Origin: Spirulina sp.
GTDB taxonomy: Bacteria; Cyanobacteriota; Cyanobacteriia; Phormidesmidales; Phormidesmidaceae
DNA: 64,000 nucleotides
Reading direction: 5' to 3'
Assembly: GCA_044070495.1 (NCBI GenBank)
Contig: JBIPSI010000024.1
Location: forward strand, 19,840-83,839
Part shown: one piece after another, positions 10,163 through 20,600 of the stretch
How positions within the stretch are numbered: position 1 is the first letter of the stretch
How the letters are laid out: every line of letters begins with the position of its first letter
Notes under the pieces: generated by a model
The model's input: the letters and a program-made list of their open reading frames with translations, nothing else
What the model was told of the DNA's origin: nothing
Databases searched by the model: none
Program-made: the position numbers and the translations under genes

Positions 10163-10597
10163 TTAGGGCAGTAAGGCGCGGGCCGCTGGATAGTACTCGA
10201 CCCAGGCCAGCACATCCGGCTGGCGCTGCCAATCGCTGCGGCTCACCGCTACGGTGAGGACGGGCATGGCAATGCCCTGACTTTCGCCGATGATCGTGAC
10301 AATGGCCTCGGTCATCAGTACGTCGCTGTCGAAGCTGCGCTGCACCCCCGCCCGCGCAATAATTTCCGACCGACGCAGGAAGGTCTCAAAACTTTCGCCC
10401 GATTCGCGCACCAAAAATAGGTTGAGGCGAGAACTGTAAGCCTCGGCGGCGGGGGGATTAATCAGTGGGGCAACGGTGCCTAGGCCTAGGGTCAGGGCTA
10501 GGGCTAGACCGATGCGCGACAACGTTCGTGGCCAAGCTTTCGCTAATGCAGCCCACCCATACACCATGGCTTTACTCCTCCGAAACCTCAATTCCAT
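10163..10597 (-). CDS. Hypothetical cyanobacterial-type secreted protein
   Basis: Signal-like hydrophobic stretch ending AEA, then ESFETFLRRSE...SFDSDVL...WVEYYP; true start may be downstream. Confidence 0.7.
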   Translation of the reverse strand: MELRFRRSKAMVYGWAALAKAWPRTLSRIGLALALTLGLGTVAPLINPPAAEAYSSRLNLFLVRESGESFETFLRRSEIIARAGVQRSFDSDVLMTEAIVTIIGESQGIAMPVLTVAVSRSDWQRQPDVLAWVEYYPAARALLP

Positions 10598-10755
10598 CGC
10601 CGCAGGTTGTCCCTAGGCCAGGGGGATTTAACTTTGCCCCCATTGTATCCAGCCTGATCCAAAACGCGGCAGGGAACTCTCTGATCTAGGTCGCAGATCC
10701 CAGTTGCAGAAACGGGCTGGTTTTTCCTGCGCCTCTCTGAGAGCAAGGCGCTACT

Positions 10756-12792
10756 ATGGCAGGTACATTCGAGGAGGCCTCTACAGGAATGGCTAGCCAC
10801 TGGCCGGTGATTGTCGGCATCAACCAATACCAACAGCTTCAGCCTTTGATGTACGCTCAGTTCGATGCCATTGAGCTGAGGGATTTTTGGGTGCAAGAGG
10901 CCGGGCTGGCTCCGGAATCCTGCGCCCTGCTGACGGATGTATCCCCCATGGTGTATCAGGGGGCCGCTTTCCCCAGCCGAGAGGTGATGCGGCAACGCCT
11001 AGAGCAGACGGTGGCTAAGGCCGGGGCCGAGGATACGATTGTGTTTTTTTTCAGCGGCTATGGGGTGAGTTGGGAAGGGCAGGATTATCTGCTGCCCGTC
11101 GATGCCGACCCTAGCCGCATTGTGCAAACGGGAATTTTAATCGCCGATGTGTTCAAAATCCTGACCCAGGGCAAAACCGCCCAGGTGTTGGTGATGTTGG
11201 ATATGAACCGCCCCCAGTCGGCCATTGCCCCTGCCCGATTAGGGCAGCAGACGATGGAGATGGCGAAGGATTTGGAGATTCCGCTGCTGCTGTCTTGCCA
11301 GCCCCAGGAGTTTTCCCAGGAAACCCTGGCGGTGCGCCATGGCCTGTTTACGGAGGCCGTCATTGAGGGGATGCGCTTCCACGGTTGCCTCACCCTAACG
11401 CAACTGGCCGATTACTTGGCCAATCGAGTGCCGGAACTCTGCCGCCACCACTGGCGACCGGAACAGCACCCCGTAGCGGTAATTCCAGCGGCCCAGCGGT
11501 TTTTGATGCTGGTGCCCCCCAGTGCCGCCGCCAATATTGCCGGAGGCCCCGTGGTCATGCCCCCGGCGTTAGAGGAGGAAGACTCTGAGGTCGAAGATCT
11601 CGGTATCGTTGTCCCTGCCGCCCTGACCTCCCCCCCGGTGGATCGCTCGGTTGAGCCAGCCCCTAGGATGGAGGCCCCAGCCACCCAAGGATCTGGGGAT
11701 GCGGGAACCGTGGCTACCGCTGCCGCCGCCGCCGCATCAGACTCGGCCATAACGGAAGCGCCGAAGACGGGATCGTCCTCAGGATCAGAACCTCTGGGTT
11801 GGCCCCAGTGGGCTTTGCTGGCGGCGGGGGTGTTGCTGCTGGGGGTGCTGCTGCGAAATCAAACGGTGTTCTTGGGTAATCGCGCCGCTGCCCCCACCCT
11901 GCCGGAGACTACCGAGACGCTGCCCGAAACTCCGGATTCCCCCGTGGCCCTACCCGAAGCAGCCCCCCCCGATGGAGAGGTCATCCCTGAGCCTGACGCC
12001 CCAGAGGAAAGCCCGTCCGAGGAGCCCAGTCCCCTATTCCCTGGCACGAATATCGATGGGCCAACGGCCTTGGGTTTGGCCCGCAAAGCCTTGGAGGAGC
12101 GACAGTTTGGCGAGGCCATCACCTGGCTGAATCAAATTCCTGAGGGGGAACGGCCCCCGGATTTTGACGCCATGGTGGCCCAGGCGGAAGCCGGGCAAGC
12201 CAGTGCCGTGGTAACAGGAGATGTGATCCTCAACGATGCCCGTCGGTTGGTGGAACCGGTACCGGCCTCGCTGTTTAATGACGCCATTGAACGCGCCCGC
12301 CAGGTGCCCCTGGGCGATCCCCAGTACGACCAGGCCCAGGCCGACATTGCCCGCTGGAGCCAGGTCATTTTAGACCTGGCCGAGGGGCGGGCCGCCGCCG
12401 GAAATTTTGATGGAGCCATCGCCGCCGCTAGCCTAGTTCCCGCCGATCAGGCCGATACCTACGCCCAGGCCCAATCCTCCATCGCCCGCTGGCAGCAGCG
12501 CAAAACCAACCGCCAACTGCTCCAGCAGGCCCAGTCCATGCTCCAACCCGACCAGGCTACCTCTTTTAAGGAGGCCATTGCCCTGGCCCAGCAAATTCCC
12601 GCCGATTTCCCGGAACATGCTGTGGCCCAAGAGCGCATTAGCCAGTGGAGTCAGGATATTTTGGTGATTGCCCGCGCCCGTGCCGCCGCTGGGGATTTTG
12701 CCGGAGCCATTGCCGCCGCCGAGCGGGTGCCCCCCAACACCAGCGCCTACGACCAGGCTCAGCAGGAAATGCAAAATTGGCAAGGGCAGTAA
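10756..12792 (+). CDS. Caspase-family (peptidase C14) protein with substituted catalytic dyad, one TM helix and C-terminal helical repeats
   Basis: VGINQYQQLQPLMYAQFDA, FFFSGYG, MLDMNR and HGLFTEAVIEG motifs; TM segment WALLAAGVLLLGVLL. Confidence 0.85.
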   Translation: MAGTFEEASTGMASHWPVIVGINQYQQLQPLMYAQFDAIELRDFWVQEAGLAPESCALLTDVSPMVYQGAAFPSREVMRQRLEQTVAKAGAEDTIVFFFSGYGVSWEGQDYLLPVDADPSRIVQTGILIADVFKILTQGKTAQVLVMLDMNRPQSAIAPARLGQQTMEMAKDLEIPLLLSCQPQEFSQETLAVRHGLFTEAVIEGMRFHGCLTLTQLADYLANRVPELCRHHWRPEQHPVAVIPAAQRFLMLVPPSAAANIAGGPVVMPPALEEEDSEVEDLGIVVPAALTSPPVDRSVEPAPRMEAPATQGSGDAGTVATAAAAAASDSAITEAPKTGSSSGSEPLGWPQWALLAAGVLLLGVLLRNQTVFLGNRAAAPTLPETTETLPETPDSPVALPEAAPPDGEVIPEPDAPEESPSEEPSPLFPGTNIDGPTALGLARKALEERQFGEAITWLNQIPEGERPPDFDAMVAQAEAGQASAVVTGDVILNDARRLVEPVPASLFNDAIERARQVPLGDPQYDQAQADIARWSQVILDLAEGRAAAGNFDGAIAAASLVPADQADTYAQAQSSIARWQQRKTNRQLLQQAQSMLQPDQATSFKEAIALAQQIPADFPEHAVAQERISQWSQDILVIARARAAAGDFAGAIAAAERVPPNTSAYDQAQQEMQNWQGQ

Positions 12793-12875
12793 TGGTCTTG
12801 CCCTCCTAAAACCTGCGTTCCCTGCGACAATGCCCCTATCCAGTCCGCCGATTTCCAGGACTTCGACATTCTCCC

Positions 12876-13367
12876 ATGCCCACCCCTATTCCCCCCGGCC
12901 CCGGTCAAGAGTCCGTTTGGGACTATCCCCGTCCCCCTCGCCTAGAGGACTCGGAGCGTCACATTCGCGTGGTTTTCAATGGCGAAGTGATTGCCGATTC
13001 TCGTCGTGCCAAGCGGGTGCTCGAAACTAGTCATCCCCCGGTCTATTACCTGCCGCCGGAGGATGTGCAAATGGCCTACTTCCAGCCCACCGCCAAGGCC
13101 ACCTTCTGCGAGTGGAAGGGGATGGCCTCCTACTACACCATCACCGTGGGCGATAGCTGCCTAGAAAATGGGGCCTGGTACTACCCAGAACCCACTCCCC
13201 CCTTTCGCGAAATTGCCCACTACATTGCGGTCTATCCGGGCAAAATGGACGCCTGCTATGTGGATGATGAACAGGTGCAGGCCCAACCGGGGGATTTCTA
13301 CGGCGGCTGGATCACCCAGGATATTGTGGGGCCGTTCAAGGGCAGTCTGGGCACCTGGGGATGGTGA
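12876..13367 (+). CDS. DUF427-family protein
   Basis: ESVWDYPRPP, RVLETSHPPVYYLP, FCEWKGMASYY and GDFYGGWIT motifs. Confidence 0.9.
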   Translation: MPTPIPPGPGQESVWDYPRPPRLEDSERHIRVVFNGEVIADSRRAKRVLETSHPPVYYLPPEDVQMAYFQPTAKATFCEWKGMASYYTITVGDSCLENGAWYYPEPTPPFREIAHYIAVYPGKMDACYVDDEQVQAQPGDFYGGWITQDIVGPFKGSLGTWGW

Positions 13368-13579
13368 GTCGTTATAGGCTAGAGTCCTCGGTTCTGTGAA
13401 GGGCGGGTGAATCTATGTCCTTGGTTACCTAAATATGGTTTTACTTGGGTTTAATAATCCGGGCGATGATAGTTGGGGCAGAAGATGTTTAAGATGCCTT
13501 CGGCCAACTAGGTTGGTAGGTTAACCCTTAGTTTGGGTACGTTGTAGTCAAACCAATACTGATTTCTAGGCGATTTGTT

Positions 13580-14548
13580 ATGAGAATTTTAGTTACTGGG
13601 GGGGCTGGGTTTATCGGCTCTCATCTCATTGATCGGCTGATGGCGGAAGGCCATGAGGTGATCTGCCTCGACAACTTCTATACGGGCCACAAGCGCAATA
13701 TTTTAAAGTGGCTGGATAATCCCTATTTTGAGTGCATTCGCCACGATGTCACGGAGCCCATTCGCCTAGAGGTAGACCAGATTTACCACCTGGCCTGTCC
13801 GGCCTCCCCGGTGCACTACCAGTACAACCCGGTGAAAACCATCAAAACCAACGTGATGGGTACCCTAAATATGCTGGGCCTAGCCAAGCGCATTAAAGCC
13901 CGGTTTTTGCTGGCCTCTACCTCAGAGGTCTACGGCGATCCGGAGGTGCATCCCCAAACCGAAGAATATCGCGGCAATGTCAACCCCATCGGCATCCGCA
14001 GTTGCTACGACGAAGGCAAGCGGGTGGCGGAAACCCTGTCCTTTGACTACCATCGCCAAAACAACGTGGATATTCGGGTGGCCCGTATTTTTAATACCTA
14101 CGGCCCTCGGATGCTAGAGAACGATGGGCGGGTGGTCAGCAACTTTGTGGTGCAGGCGCTTCAGGGCATTCCCCTCACGGTCTACGGTACGGGCGGCCAG
14201 ACCCGCAGTTTCTGCTACGTGTCTGACCTAGTAGATGGGTTAATGCGGTTGATGAATGGCGATTACATGGGGCCTGTAAACCTGGGCAACCCCGATGAGT
14301 ACACCATTCTAGAACTGGCCCAAGCGGTGCAAGCGATGGTGAACCCAGGGGCTGAGTTAATTTATAAGCCCCTGCCCCAGGACGATCCCCAACGCCGCAA
14401 GCCCGATATTACCAAGGCCAAAACCTTCCTCAACTGGAGCCCCACGGTGCCCCTCCAGGAGGGCCTTGTCCGCACCGTTGAGGATTTTCGCCAGCGGATG
14501 GAGGCCAATGCCATTGATGGAATTGCCAAACCCGTGATCTCGGTTTAG
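13580..14548 (+). CDS. UDP-glucuronate decarboxylase (UDP-xylose synthase)-family SDR
   Basis: [32 protein letters not shown] and RSCYDEGKR motifs. Confidence 0.92.
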   Translation: MRILVTGGAGFIGSHLIDRLMAEGHEVICLDNFYTGHKRNILKWLDNPYFECIRHDVTEPIRLEVDQIYHLACPASPVHYQYNPVKTIKTNVMGTLNMLGLAKRIKARFLLASTSEVYGDPEVHPQTEEYRGNVNPIGIRSCYDEGKRVAETLSFDYHRQNNVDIRVARIFNTYGPRMLENDGRVVSNFVVQALQGIPLTVYGTGGQTRSFCYVSDLVDGLMRLMNGDYMGPVNLGNPDEYTILELAQAVQAMVNPGAELIYKPLPQDDPQRRKPDITKAKTFLNWSPTVPLQEGLVRTVEDFRQRMEANAIDGIAKPVISV

Positions 14549-14669
14549 ATCGACCGTTGTGCCATGGAATGCTGGAAGGGCTGGGCGAGTTCGGTTTAGT
14601 TCCTTCCCCATTCATCAACGACCTGTTGGTTCATGCTCCCCATAGTTTATTCGTAGAGGACTATTGAAG

Positions 14670-16055
14670 ATGCGCGTATGTGTCATTGGTACTGGCTATG
14701 TAGGCCTGGTTACCGGCGTTTGTTTAGCCCATGTGGGTCATGACGTCATTTGCATTGATGTCAACGAAGAAAAAGTGAAGTTGATGCAGTCTGGGCAGTC
14801 CCCCATTTTTGAACCCGGACTCTCGGAACTGATGAAATCCTCCATGGAGACCGGGCACCTCCAGTTTTCCACTGACCTACAGCAGGGGGTTGAGCACGGG
14901 GAGGTGCTGTTTATTGCGGTGGGTACTCCAGCCCTGCCCAACGGCGAAAGCGATACCCGCTATGTGGAGGCGGTGGCGCGGGGCATTGGCACCCACCTCA
15001 ACGGCGGCTACAAGGTGATCGTGAATAAATCCACGGTACCCATCGGTTCTGGCGACTGGGTACGGATGATTGTGCTGGATGGGGTGGCCGAGCGTCAGCC
15101 CGTGGCCGTGGCCGCCGGATCGGGCGAAGCTATCCATCCCGAAGTGCTTGCCGATTTCGATGTGGTCAGCAACCCCGAATTTCTGCGGGAAGGATCCGCC
15201 ATCTACGACACCTTCAACCCCGACCGCATTGTGCTGGGCAGCAACAGTTCCCGTGCGGTCGATCTGATGCAGCAACTCTATGCCCCCATTGTCTCTGGCC
15301 AGTATCGAGACATTCCTGGCGGCGATCCGGTGCCCGTGGTTGTCACGGATCTCAGCTCGGCGGAAATGGTGAAGTACGCCTCCAACTCGTTCCTGGCCAC
15401 CAAAATCAGCTTCATCAACGAAATTGCCAACATCTGCGACCGGGTGGGGGCCGATGTCACCCAGGTGGCGGCGGGGATTGGCCTCGACTCCCGCATTGGC
15501 AAGAAGTTCCTCCAGGCGGGCATTGGCTGGGGCGGGTCTTGTTTCCCCAAGGATGTGTCGGCCCTGATCCACACCGCTGAAGACTACGGTTATGAGGCCC
15601 AACTGCTGAAGTCCGCTGTGGAGGTGAACAACCGCCAGCGCCAGATCACCCTGGAAAAACTCCAGCAGGTGTTAAAAATCCTCAAGGGCAAAACCGTGGG
15701 GCTGCTAGGGCTCACCTTCAAGCCCGACACCGACGACATGCGCGATGCCCCCTCCCTGATTCTGATTGAGCAACTCAATCGCCTGGGGGCCAAGGTCAAG
15801 GCCTACGACCCGATTGTCTCCCAGAGCGGTATCCGCCACGGCCTCACCGGGGTGATTGTGGAAAACGATGCCCCCCACCTAGCCGATGGCTGCGATGCCC
15901 TGGTGCTGGTGACCGACTGGGCTCAGTTTAAAGACCTCGACTACGCCGCCCTGGCCCAGCGGATGCACAGCCCCATCCTCATCGATGGCCGTAACTTCCT
16001 AGATCGGGAAGCCCTGATGCGGGCGGGCTTCCAGTATATGGGCATTGGTCGCTAG
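14670..16055 (+). CDS. ugd: UDP-glucose 6-dehydrogenase
   Basis: GTGYVGL, KSTVPIG, SNPEFLREG, GWGGSCFPKD and FKPDTDDMR motifs. Confidence 0.93.
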   Translation: MRVCVIGTGYVGLVTGVCLAHVGHDVICIDVNEEKVKLMQSGQSPIFEPGLSELMKSSMETGHLQFSTDLQQGVEHGEVLFIAVGTPALPNGESDTRYVEAVARGIGTHLNGGYKVIVNKSTVPIGSGDWVRMIVLDGVAERQPVAVAAGSGEAIHPEVLADFDVVSNPEFLREGSAIYDTFNPDRIVLGSNSSRAVDLMQQLYAPIVSGQYRDIPGGDPVPVVVTDLSSAEMVKYASNSFLATKISFINEIANICDRVGADVTQVAAGIGLDSRIGKKFLQAGIGWGGSCFPKDVSALIHTAEDYGYEAQLLKSAVEVNNRQRQITLEKLQQVLKILKGKTVGLLGLTFKPDTDDMRDAPSLILIEQLNRLGAKVKAYDPIVSQSGIRHGLTGVIVENDAPHLADGCDALVLVTDWAQFKDLDYAALAQRMHSPILIDGRNFLDREALMRAGFQYMGIGR

Positions 16056-16080
16056 GTACAGCCTAGGATCAAGGGCAGCT

Positions 16081-16157
16081 AGCTAGAAAGGCTCAAAGTC
16101 CCTCTCCCTTGGGGAGAGGGATTTAGGGTGAGGGCTGCGGGGACTTTGTGATCTACT
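16081..16157. repeat. Dispersed repeat with core AAAGTCCCTCTCCC..GGGAGAGGGATTTAGGGTGAGGG
   Basis: About 77 bp, highly similar to 27924-28000. Confidence 0.85.
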
Positions 16158-16195
16158 AACGTCAGTCCACGTTTCTAACCAAACTTCTAACTATG

Positions 16196-16224
16196 GCAAG
16201 GGGCTAAGGCTCCTTGCTTTTTTA
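16196..16224 (+). terminator. Rho-independent terminator downstream of ugd
   Basis: GCAAGGGGC/GCTCCTTGC hairpin followed by TTTTTT. Confidence 0.7.
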
Positions 16225-16309
16225 TCGCCCCTTTTACGATGACCCCTTTTGCTAGCCCTGGGCTAGGCCAAAGGCGGTACATTAGGGGACGAGGGTTCGT
16301 TAGGTTGCC

Positions 16310-17323
16310 ATGCGAGTTGTATTTTTGGGGACTCCCCACTTTGCCGTGCCCAGCTTGAAGCGGCTGTTGGCGGAACCGGACTTTGAGGTGGTGTCCGTGG
16401 TGACCCAGCCCGATAAACGGCGGGGACGAGGGGGAAAGGTGGATCCGTCTCCGGTCAAGCAGGTGGCCCTGGAGGCGAGCTGTCCTATCCTTCAGCCACG
16501 CCGCATTAAAAAAGACGAAGACTGTCTTGTGGCCCTAGAGGCCCTCCAGGCCGATGCCTTTGTGGTGGTGGCCTATGGTCAAATTCTGTCCCAACGCATT
16601 CTAGCGATGCCGCGCCTGGGCTGCATCAATGGTCATGGATCGCTGCTGCCCGCCTATCGGGGGGCGGCCCCCATCCAGTGGTGCATTGTCCATGGAGCCA
16701 CCGAAACCGGCATGACCACCATGCACATGGACATCGGCATGGACACGGGGGCGATGCTGCTGAAGTCGCACCTGCCCATTGGCCTGCTGGATAACTTCTA
16801 CGATGTGGCGGCGGCCCTGGCGGATCAGTGCGCCGACCTGCTGGTAGAGACCCTGCGCGGCCTAGCCGCCCATGCCCTCACCCCAGAACCCCAGGACGAG
16901 GCCCTAGCCACCTATGCGCCGCTGATTCAACGGGAGGACTATCGGCTGGACTGGAGCCAGTCGGCCCTCGATCTCCACAACCGCGTGCGGGGCTTTTATC
17001 CCAATGCCGAAACCACCCTGCGGGATCAGCCCCTCAAGGTGCTGGCCACGGTGCCCCTGGGGTCGCCCTACTGGGCCGTGCTGCCTCCTGATATCGCCAT
17101 GCTGCGGCCTGCGGTAGAGGCTCTGGATATCCCCGCTGCCCAGCCCGGTCAGGTGGTAGGCCTGCTGAAGGGCCATGGCCCCCTGGTGCAAACGGGGGAG
17201 GGACTCTTGCTGCTGCGTGAGGTTAAACCCAGCGGCAAAAAGACCCAGCGAGGCCACGATTTCGTGAACGGTAGCCGCCTTGCGGTGGGAGAAGGGCTGG
17301 GAAAAGAACCGGGGACGCCCTAG
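16310..17323 (+). CDS. fmt: Methionyl-tRNA formyltransferase
   Basis: [27 protein letters not shown] and [15 protein letters not shown] motifs. Confidence 0.95.
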   Translation: MRVVFLGTPHFAVPSLKRLLAEPDFEVVSVVTQPDKRRGRGGKVDPSPVKQVALEASCPILQPRRIKKDEDCLVALEALQADAFVVVAYGQILSQRILAMPRLGCINGHGSLLPAYRGAAPIQWCIVHGATETGMTTMHMDIGMDTGAMLLKSHLPIGLLDNFYDVAAALADQCADLLVETLRGLAAHALTPEPQDEALATYAPLIQREDYRLDWSQSALDLHNRVRGFYPNAETTLRDQPLKVLATVPLGSPYWAVLPPDIAMLRPAVEALDIPAAQPGQVVGLLKGHGPLVQTGEGLLLLREVKPSGKKTQRGHDFVNGSRLAVGEGLGKEPGTP

Positions 17324-17486
17324 GGAACTCCATTTCCCAGCCCTTCAACCCGACCAACGGACTCGGTATCCCTAAAACCACGGGATTTCATTAAGAGAAG
17401 CTTAAGTTTCTTGCATCTGGCGCGGGGATAACCGTCAACGACAAAATAATCTTTCACAATGGGAAGCGACATCCTCAGCGGGAGTG

Positions 17487-17891
17487 ATGCCGATGCCCCC
17501 TTCGACCCAGCTTCCCCCATCCTGTCCGACCCCCACTAGCGACCCCCCATCCCACTGCCCCATCCACCATGTGTTGTCCTACATTGGCAACAAGTGGGCG
17601 ATTTTAATCTTGCGAGAACTGTTCCAGGGCAACCGCCGCACCAACGAGTTTCTGGCGGCCCTGCCCGGTATCAGCACCAAAACCCTGACCGCCCGTCTGC
17701 GCGAACTAGAGCGCTATGGTTTGGTCACCCGCACGGTGTTCCCAGAGGTGCCGCCTCGAGTGGAATATTCCCTGACGGCCAAGGGGCGAGAAATTCAGCC
17801 GATCATGGTTGCCCTGAGCCAGGTGGGGCAGCACTGGCTGGTTCATCAGCCTCCCGGCACCACTCCATCGTTCTATGGGCAAAAGCGCTGA
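17487..17891 (+). CDS. HxlR-family winged-helix regulator
   Basis: CPI..VL..IGNKWAILILREL, PGISTKTLTARLREL and PPRVEYSLT motifs. Confidence 0.9.
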   Translation: MPMPPSTQLPPSCPTPTSDPPSHCPIHHVLSYIGNKWAILILRELFQGNRRTNEFLAALPGISTKTLTARLRELERYGLVTRTVFPEVPPRVEYSLTAKGREIQPIMVALSQVGQHWLVHQPPGTTPSFYGQKR

Positions 17892-17914
17892 TCATGACCC
17901 TCTGTTCTGGCCTG

Positions 17915-18082
17915 ATCCCAGTCGTCCATGCGGCTAGCGCCACGCCCCCAGGGATAAAAATCTGTAGGATGAAAATCCATCTTTAGCGCATATCCTGCTT
18001 GGTGACCCCCGATTCAAAGGGGCGAGGAAACCTGCCCCTACGGTGCTGTTTTTTGAGAGTCGGGGGTTCGGATTGGGGATCA
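17915..18082. repeat. Composite dispersed repeat (first ~100 bp shared with 58141-58229) enclosing a GTAG-type REP-like hairpin
   Basis: Alignable to 58141-58229; REP-like ggggcgaggaaacctgcccctac at about 18019-18041, flanked by inverted acccccgattcaaa/tttgagagtcgggggt. Confidence 0.7.
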
Positions 18083-18094
18083 GGTTGAGGGGCC

Positions 18095-18898
18095 TTACAG
18101 GTAGGGTTCCACCGCCGCCGCCCAGCCCGTAGGAGCGGGAACCGGAGCCACAGCCCAGCCCCGGTCAGCTAATTGAGGATGGGGGCCAGCCTCACCGGGT
18201 AGGATAATTGGGTGATCCACTGCCTCCAGCATGGGGATGTCGTTGGGGCTATTGCCCAGGCCCAGGGTAATTAGGGGATCCTGGGGGTGGGCGCTTTGGT
18301 AGAGCCTGACGAGGTGGCGCACCGCTTCCCCTTTGCCAGCCATGCCGCCGATTAGGTGTGAGAACCGATCCCCCAACACCACTCGAAAGCCCATGGCCTC
18401 CACCGCCGCTTGCAGGTCGTCAGGGGAGACATTCTTGGGGGTCATAAAGGGCTCGCTAAACTCCCGCGCCTTAGCCTGCTTAGCTGCCGCTGGGGTCAGC
18501 CCAGTCATCTGCGTAATTTGATCAACGCTCCAATCGCCAAAGCCCTTCAGGGGACGCCCTAGATCTTGAGCAATGGCCTTTAGCCCAGCCCGTGCCGTCA
18601 CATAGTTACAGCCCAGGGCCATCACCCGATAGTCACCGTCGTCCTCCCCCTCCGGTAGGGCAAAGGGCAGGCCGGTTTTGGGGAAGTAGATGGCGCTGCC
18701 ATTCTCCACCACAAAGGGATCTCGTAGGCCCAGGGATTGTCGCAGATCCTCCACCTCAGCCCGGGTCTTGCTGGTCACCGGAATCACGGGAATACCCCGC
18801 TGAAAGAGGGCGGCTAACACGGGTAGCGCTGCTTGATAGTCGTAGGTCTCGGCATTGAGCAGGGTGCCGTCGAGGTCGGTAAAAATCAGGTAAGGCAT
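18095..18898 (-). CDS. HAD-IIB mannosyl/glucosyl-3-phosphoglycerate phosphatase family
   Basis: IFTDLDGTLL, VTSKTRAEV, VENGSAI, REFSEPF and LGNSPNDIPML motifs. Confidence 0.88.
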   Translation of the reverse strand: MPYLIFTDLDGTLLNAETYDYQAALPVLAALFQRGIPVIPVTSKTRAEVEDLRQSLGLRDPFVVENGSAIYFPKTGLPFALPEGEDDGDYRVMALGCNYVTARAGLKAIAQDLGRPLKGFGDWSVDQITQMTGLTPAAAKQAKAREFSEPFMTPKNVSPDDLQAAVEAMGFRVVLGDRFSHLIGGMAGKGEAVRHLVRLYQSAHPQDPLITLGLGNSPNDIPMLEAVDHPIILPGEAGPHPQLADRGWAVAPVPAPTGWAAAVEPYL

Positions 18899-18990
18899 TG
18901 GCGATAGCCCCATCGATATGCGTTCATTGTCGTTTAATTGTGTCCTTTAATAAAAAGATGCCCGTCCTTTCCTGTGTCGATTCCTAACCC

Positions 18991-19974
18991 ATGATTTCCC
19001 CTGCCTCTACCGCTGTTCGTTCCTCCGCTGCCCCAGCCTCCTTGGTCGTGGCCATTGTAGGCGATGTCCACGACCAGTGGAGTGAGGCCGATGCCCAGGC
19101 ACTGCATCGATTAGCGGTAGATTTCGTGCTGTTTGTGGGTGACTTTGGCAACGAAGCGGTAGCCCTAGTGCGCCAGATCGCGGCGATTGATCTCCCTAAA
19201 GCGGTCATTCTGGGCAACCACGATGCCTGGTATAGCGCTACCCCTTGGGGGCAAAAGAAATGTCCCTACAATCGCCAGCAGGAGGACTGGGTGACCCAGC
19301 AACTTCAGGCTTTAGGGAATTGCCACGTTGGCTATGGGCACTTGGATCTACCCCAGTTTGGCCTTTCGGTGGTCGGTGGGCGACCCTTTAGCTGGGGAGG
19401 TTCCGACTGGACCAATGCCCCGTTCTACGCGGAACGCTACGGAGTCCATAGCTTTGAGGAGTCGGTGGCGCGGCTGTGCCAGACCGTGGAAGCCACCCGC
19501 TACAACGATCTCATCTTCATTGGCCACTGCGGCCCCCAGGGGTTGGGCGACCAGCCAGAAGCCCCCTGCGGACGGGACTGGAAACCCCTGGGCGGCGACT
19601 TTGGCGATCCCGATCTAACCGCTGCCATTGCCTATGCTAAACGGCGAGGGAAGGCGGTGCCCCTAGTTGCCTTTGGCCACATGCACCACACCCTGCGGCA
19701 TCGCAAGGATCAACTGCGCCGCCAAATCCACTGGGACACCGCCACCTGCTACCTAAATGCGGCTAGGGTGCCCCGGTGGCGTCAGCAGGAAGGGCGAACC
19801 CAGCGCCACTTTGCCCTCGTCACCCTACGGGATAACCAGGTGGCGCAAGCTCGCCAAGTCTGGGTGGATGATCAGCGGGGCATTATCCACTCTGTTGATC
19901 TGGTGGATCAGACTACGGGAGATGGCGATCTGGATTTGCCCTTAGCCCTGAGTTCTGGCCCCACCCTACGGTGA
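18991..19974 (+). CDS. Metallophosphoesterase (TIGR04168-like)
   Basis: VGDVH, FVGDFGNE, LGNHD and FGHMH motifs. Confidence 0.85.
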   Translation: MISPASTAVRSSAAPASLVVAIVGDVHDQWSEADAQALHRLAVDFVLFVGDFGNEAVALVRQIAAIDLPKAVILGNHDAWYSATPWGQKKCPYNRQQEDWVTQQLQALGNCHVGYGHLDLPQFGLSVVGGRPFSWGGSDWTNAPFYAERYGVHSFEESVARLCQTVEATRYNDLIFIGHCGPQGLGDQPEAPCGRDWKPLGGDFGDPDLTAAIAYAKRRGKAVPLVAFGHMHHTLRHRKDQLRRQIHWDTATCYLNAARVPRWRQQEGRTQRHFALVTLRDNQVAQARQVWVDDQRGIIHSVDLVDQTTGDGDLDLPLALSSGPTLR

Positions 19975-20023
19975 CGCAAGCTCTAGCGGTATACTCAATC
20001 CATAGCAGTCCACACATCCGCCC

Positions 20024-20488
20024 ATGCAATATCTGGCGAAGGTGCAAAAAAAAGCATTTCTTGGCGGGGCCGAACTGGCGCTGCTGGCGGTGCGCACCTC
20101 CGAAGATACCTGGGAACGGATCCAATCTGAGCGCATCGTGGAAACGACCCGCCTGCTGGCTTTTCAGGAAGGAAATCTGGTGTTGGTGGAGCTCGACGGC
20201 CTCAATCAGATCACGGCGGTTGAGGATGCGATTCCTTGGTTGTTGGGCTTAGTAGATCAGTACCTCAGCTATGGCATTACCCCTGCGGCCCTAGAACAGG
20301 AAATTGAGCGGGCAGAGCGGTGGCGGCAATCTCTCACCCTGAAAAGCCAGGAGGTGGATCGCCGCGCCCTAGAGACCGCCGCCCGCCGGGATGAAATTCA
20401 AGAACTGGAACGTCACCTCAAGCAGGAGCGCGAAGAACTAGAGCAGCGCTGGGAGTCTCTGAGGGGGCAGGAATCGCCGCCAGCGTAA
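20024..20488 (+). CDS. Coiled-coil hypothetical protein resembling the N-terminus of cyanobacterial HmpF
   Basis: MQYLAKVQKK..ELALLA and EIERAERWRQSLTLKSQEVDRRALE; similarity recalled, not searched. Confidence 0.65.
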   Translation: MQYLAKVQKKAFLGGAELALLAVRTSEDTWERIQSERIVETTRLLAFQEGNLVLVELDGLNQITAVEDAIPWLLGLVDQYLSYGITPAALEQEIERAERWRQSLTLKSQEVDRRALETAARRDEIQELERHLKQEREELEQRWESLRGQESPPA

Positions 20489-20600
20489 GATGCCTGGTCA
20501 AGCGCAGGACATCGCCGAGGGGATTGTTACGCTTGGCTGGTCGTATCCTTGGTGGTATACACCTTGCGGATTCAATAGGGTTACCTACCGAAAGGAGTAT

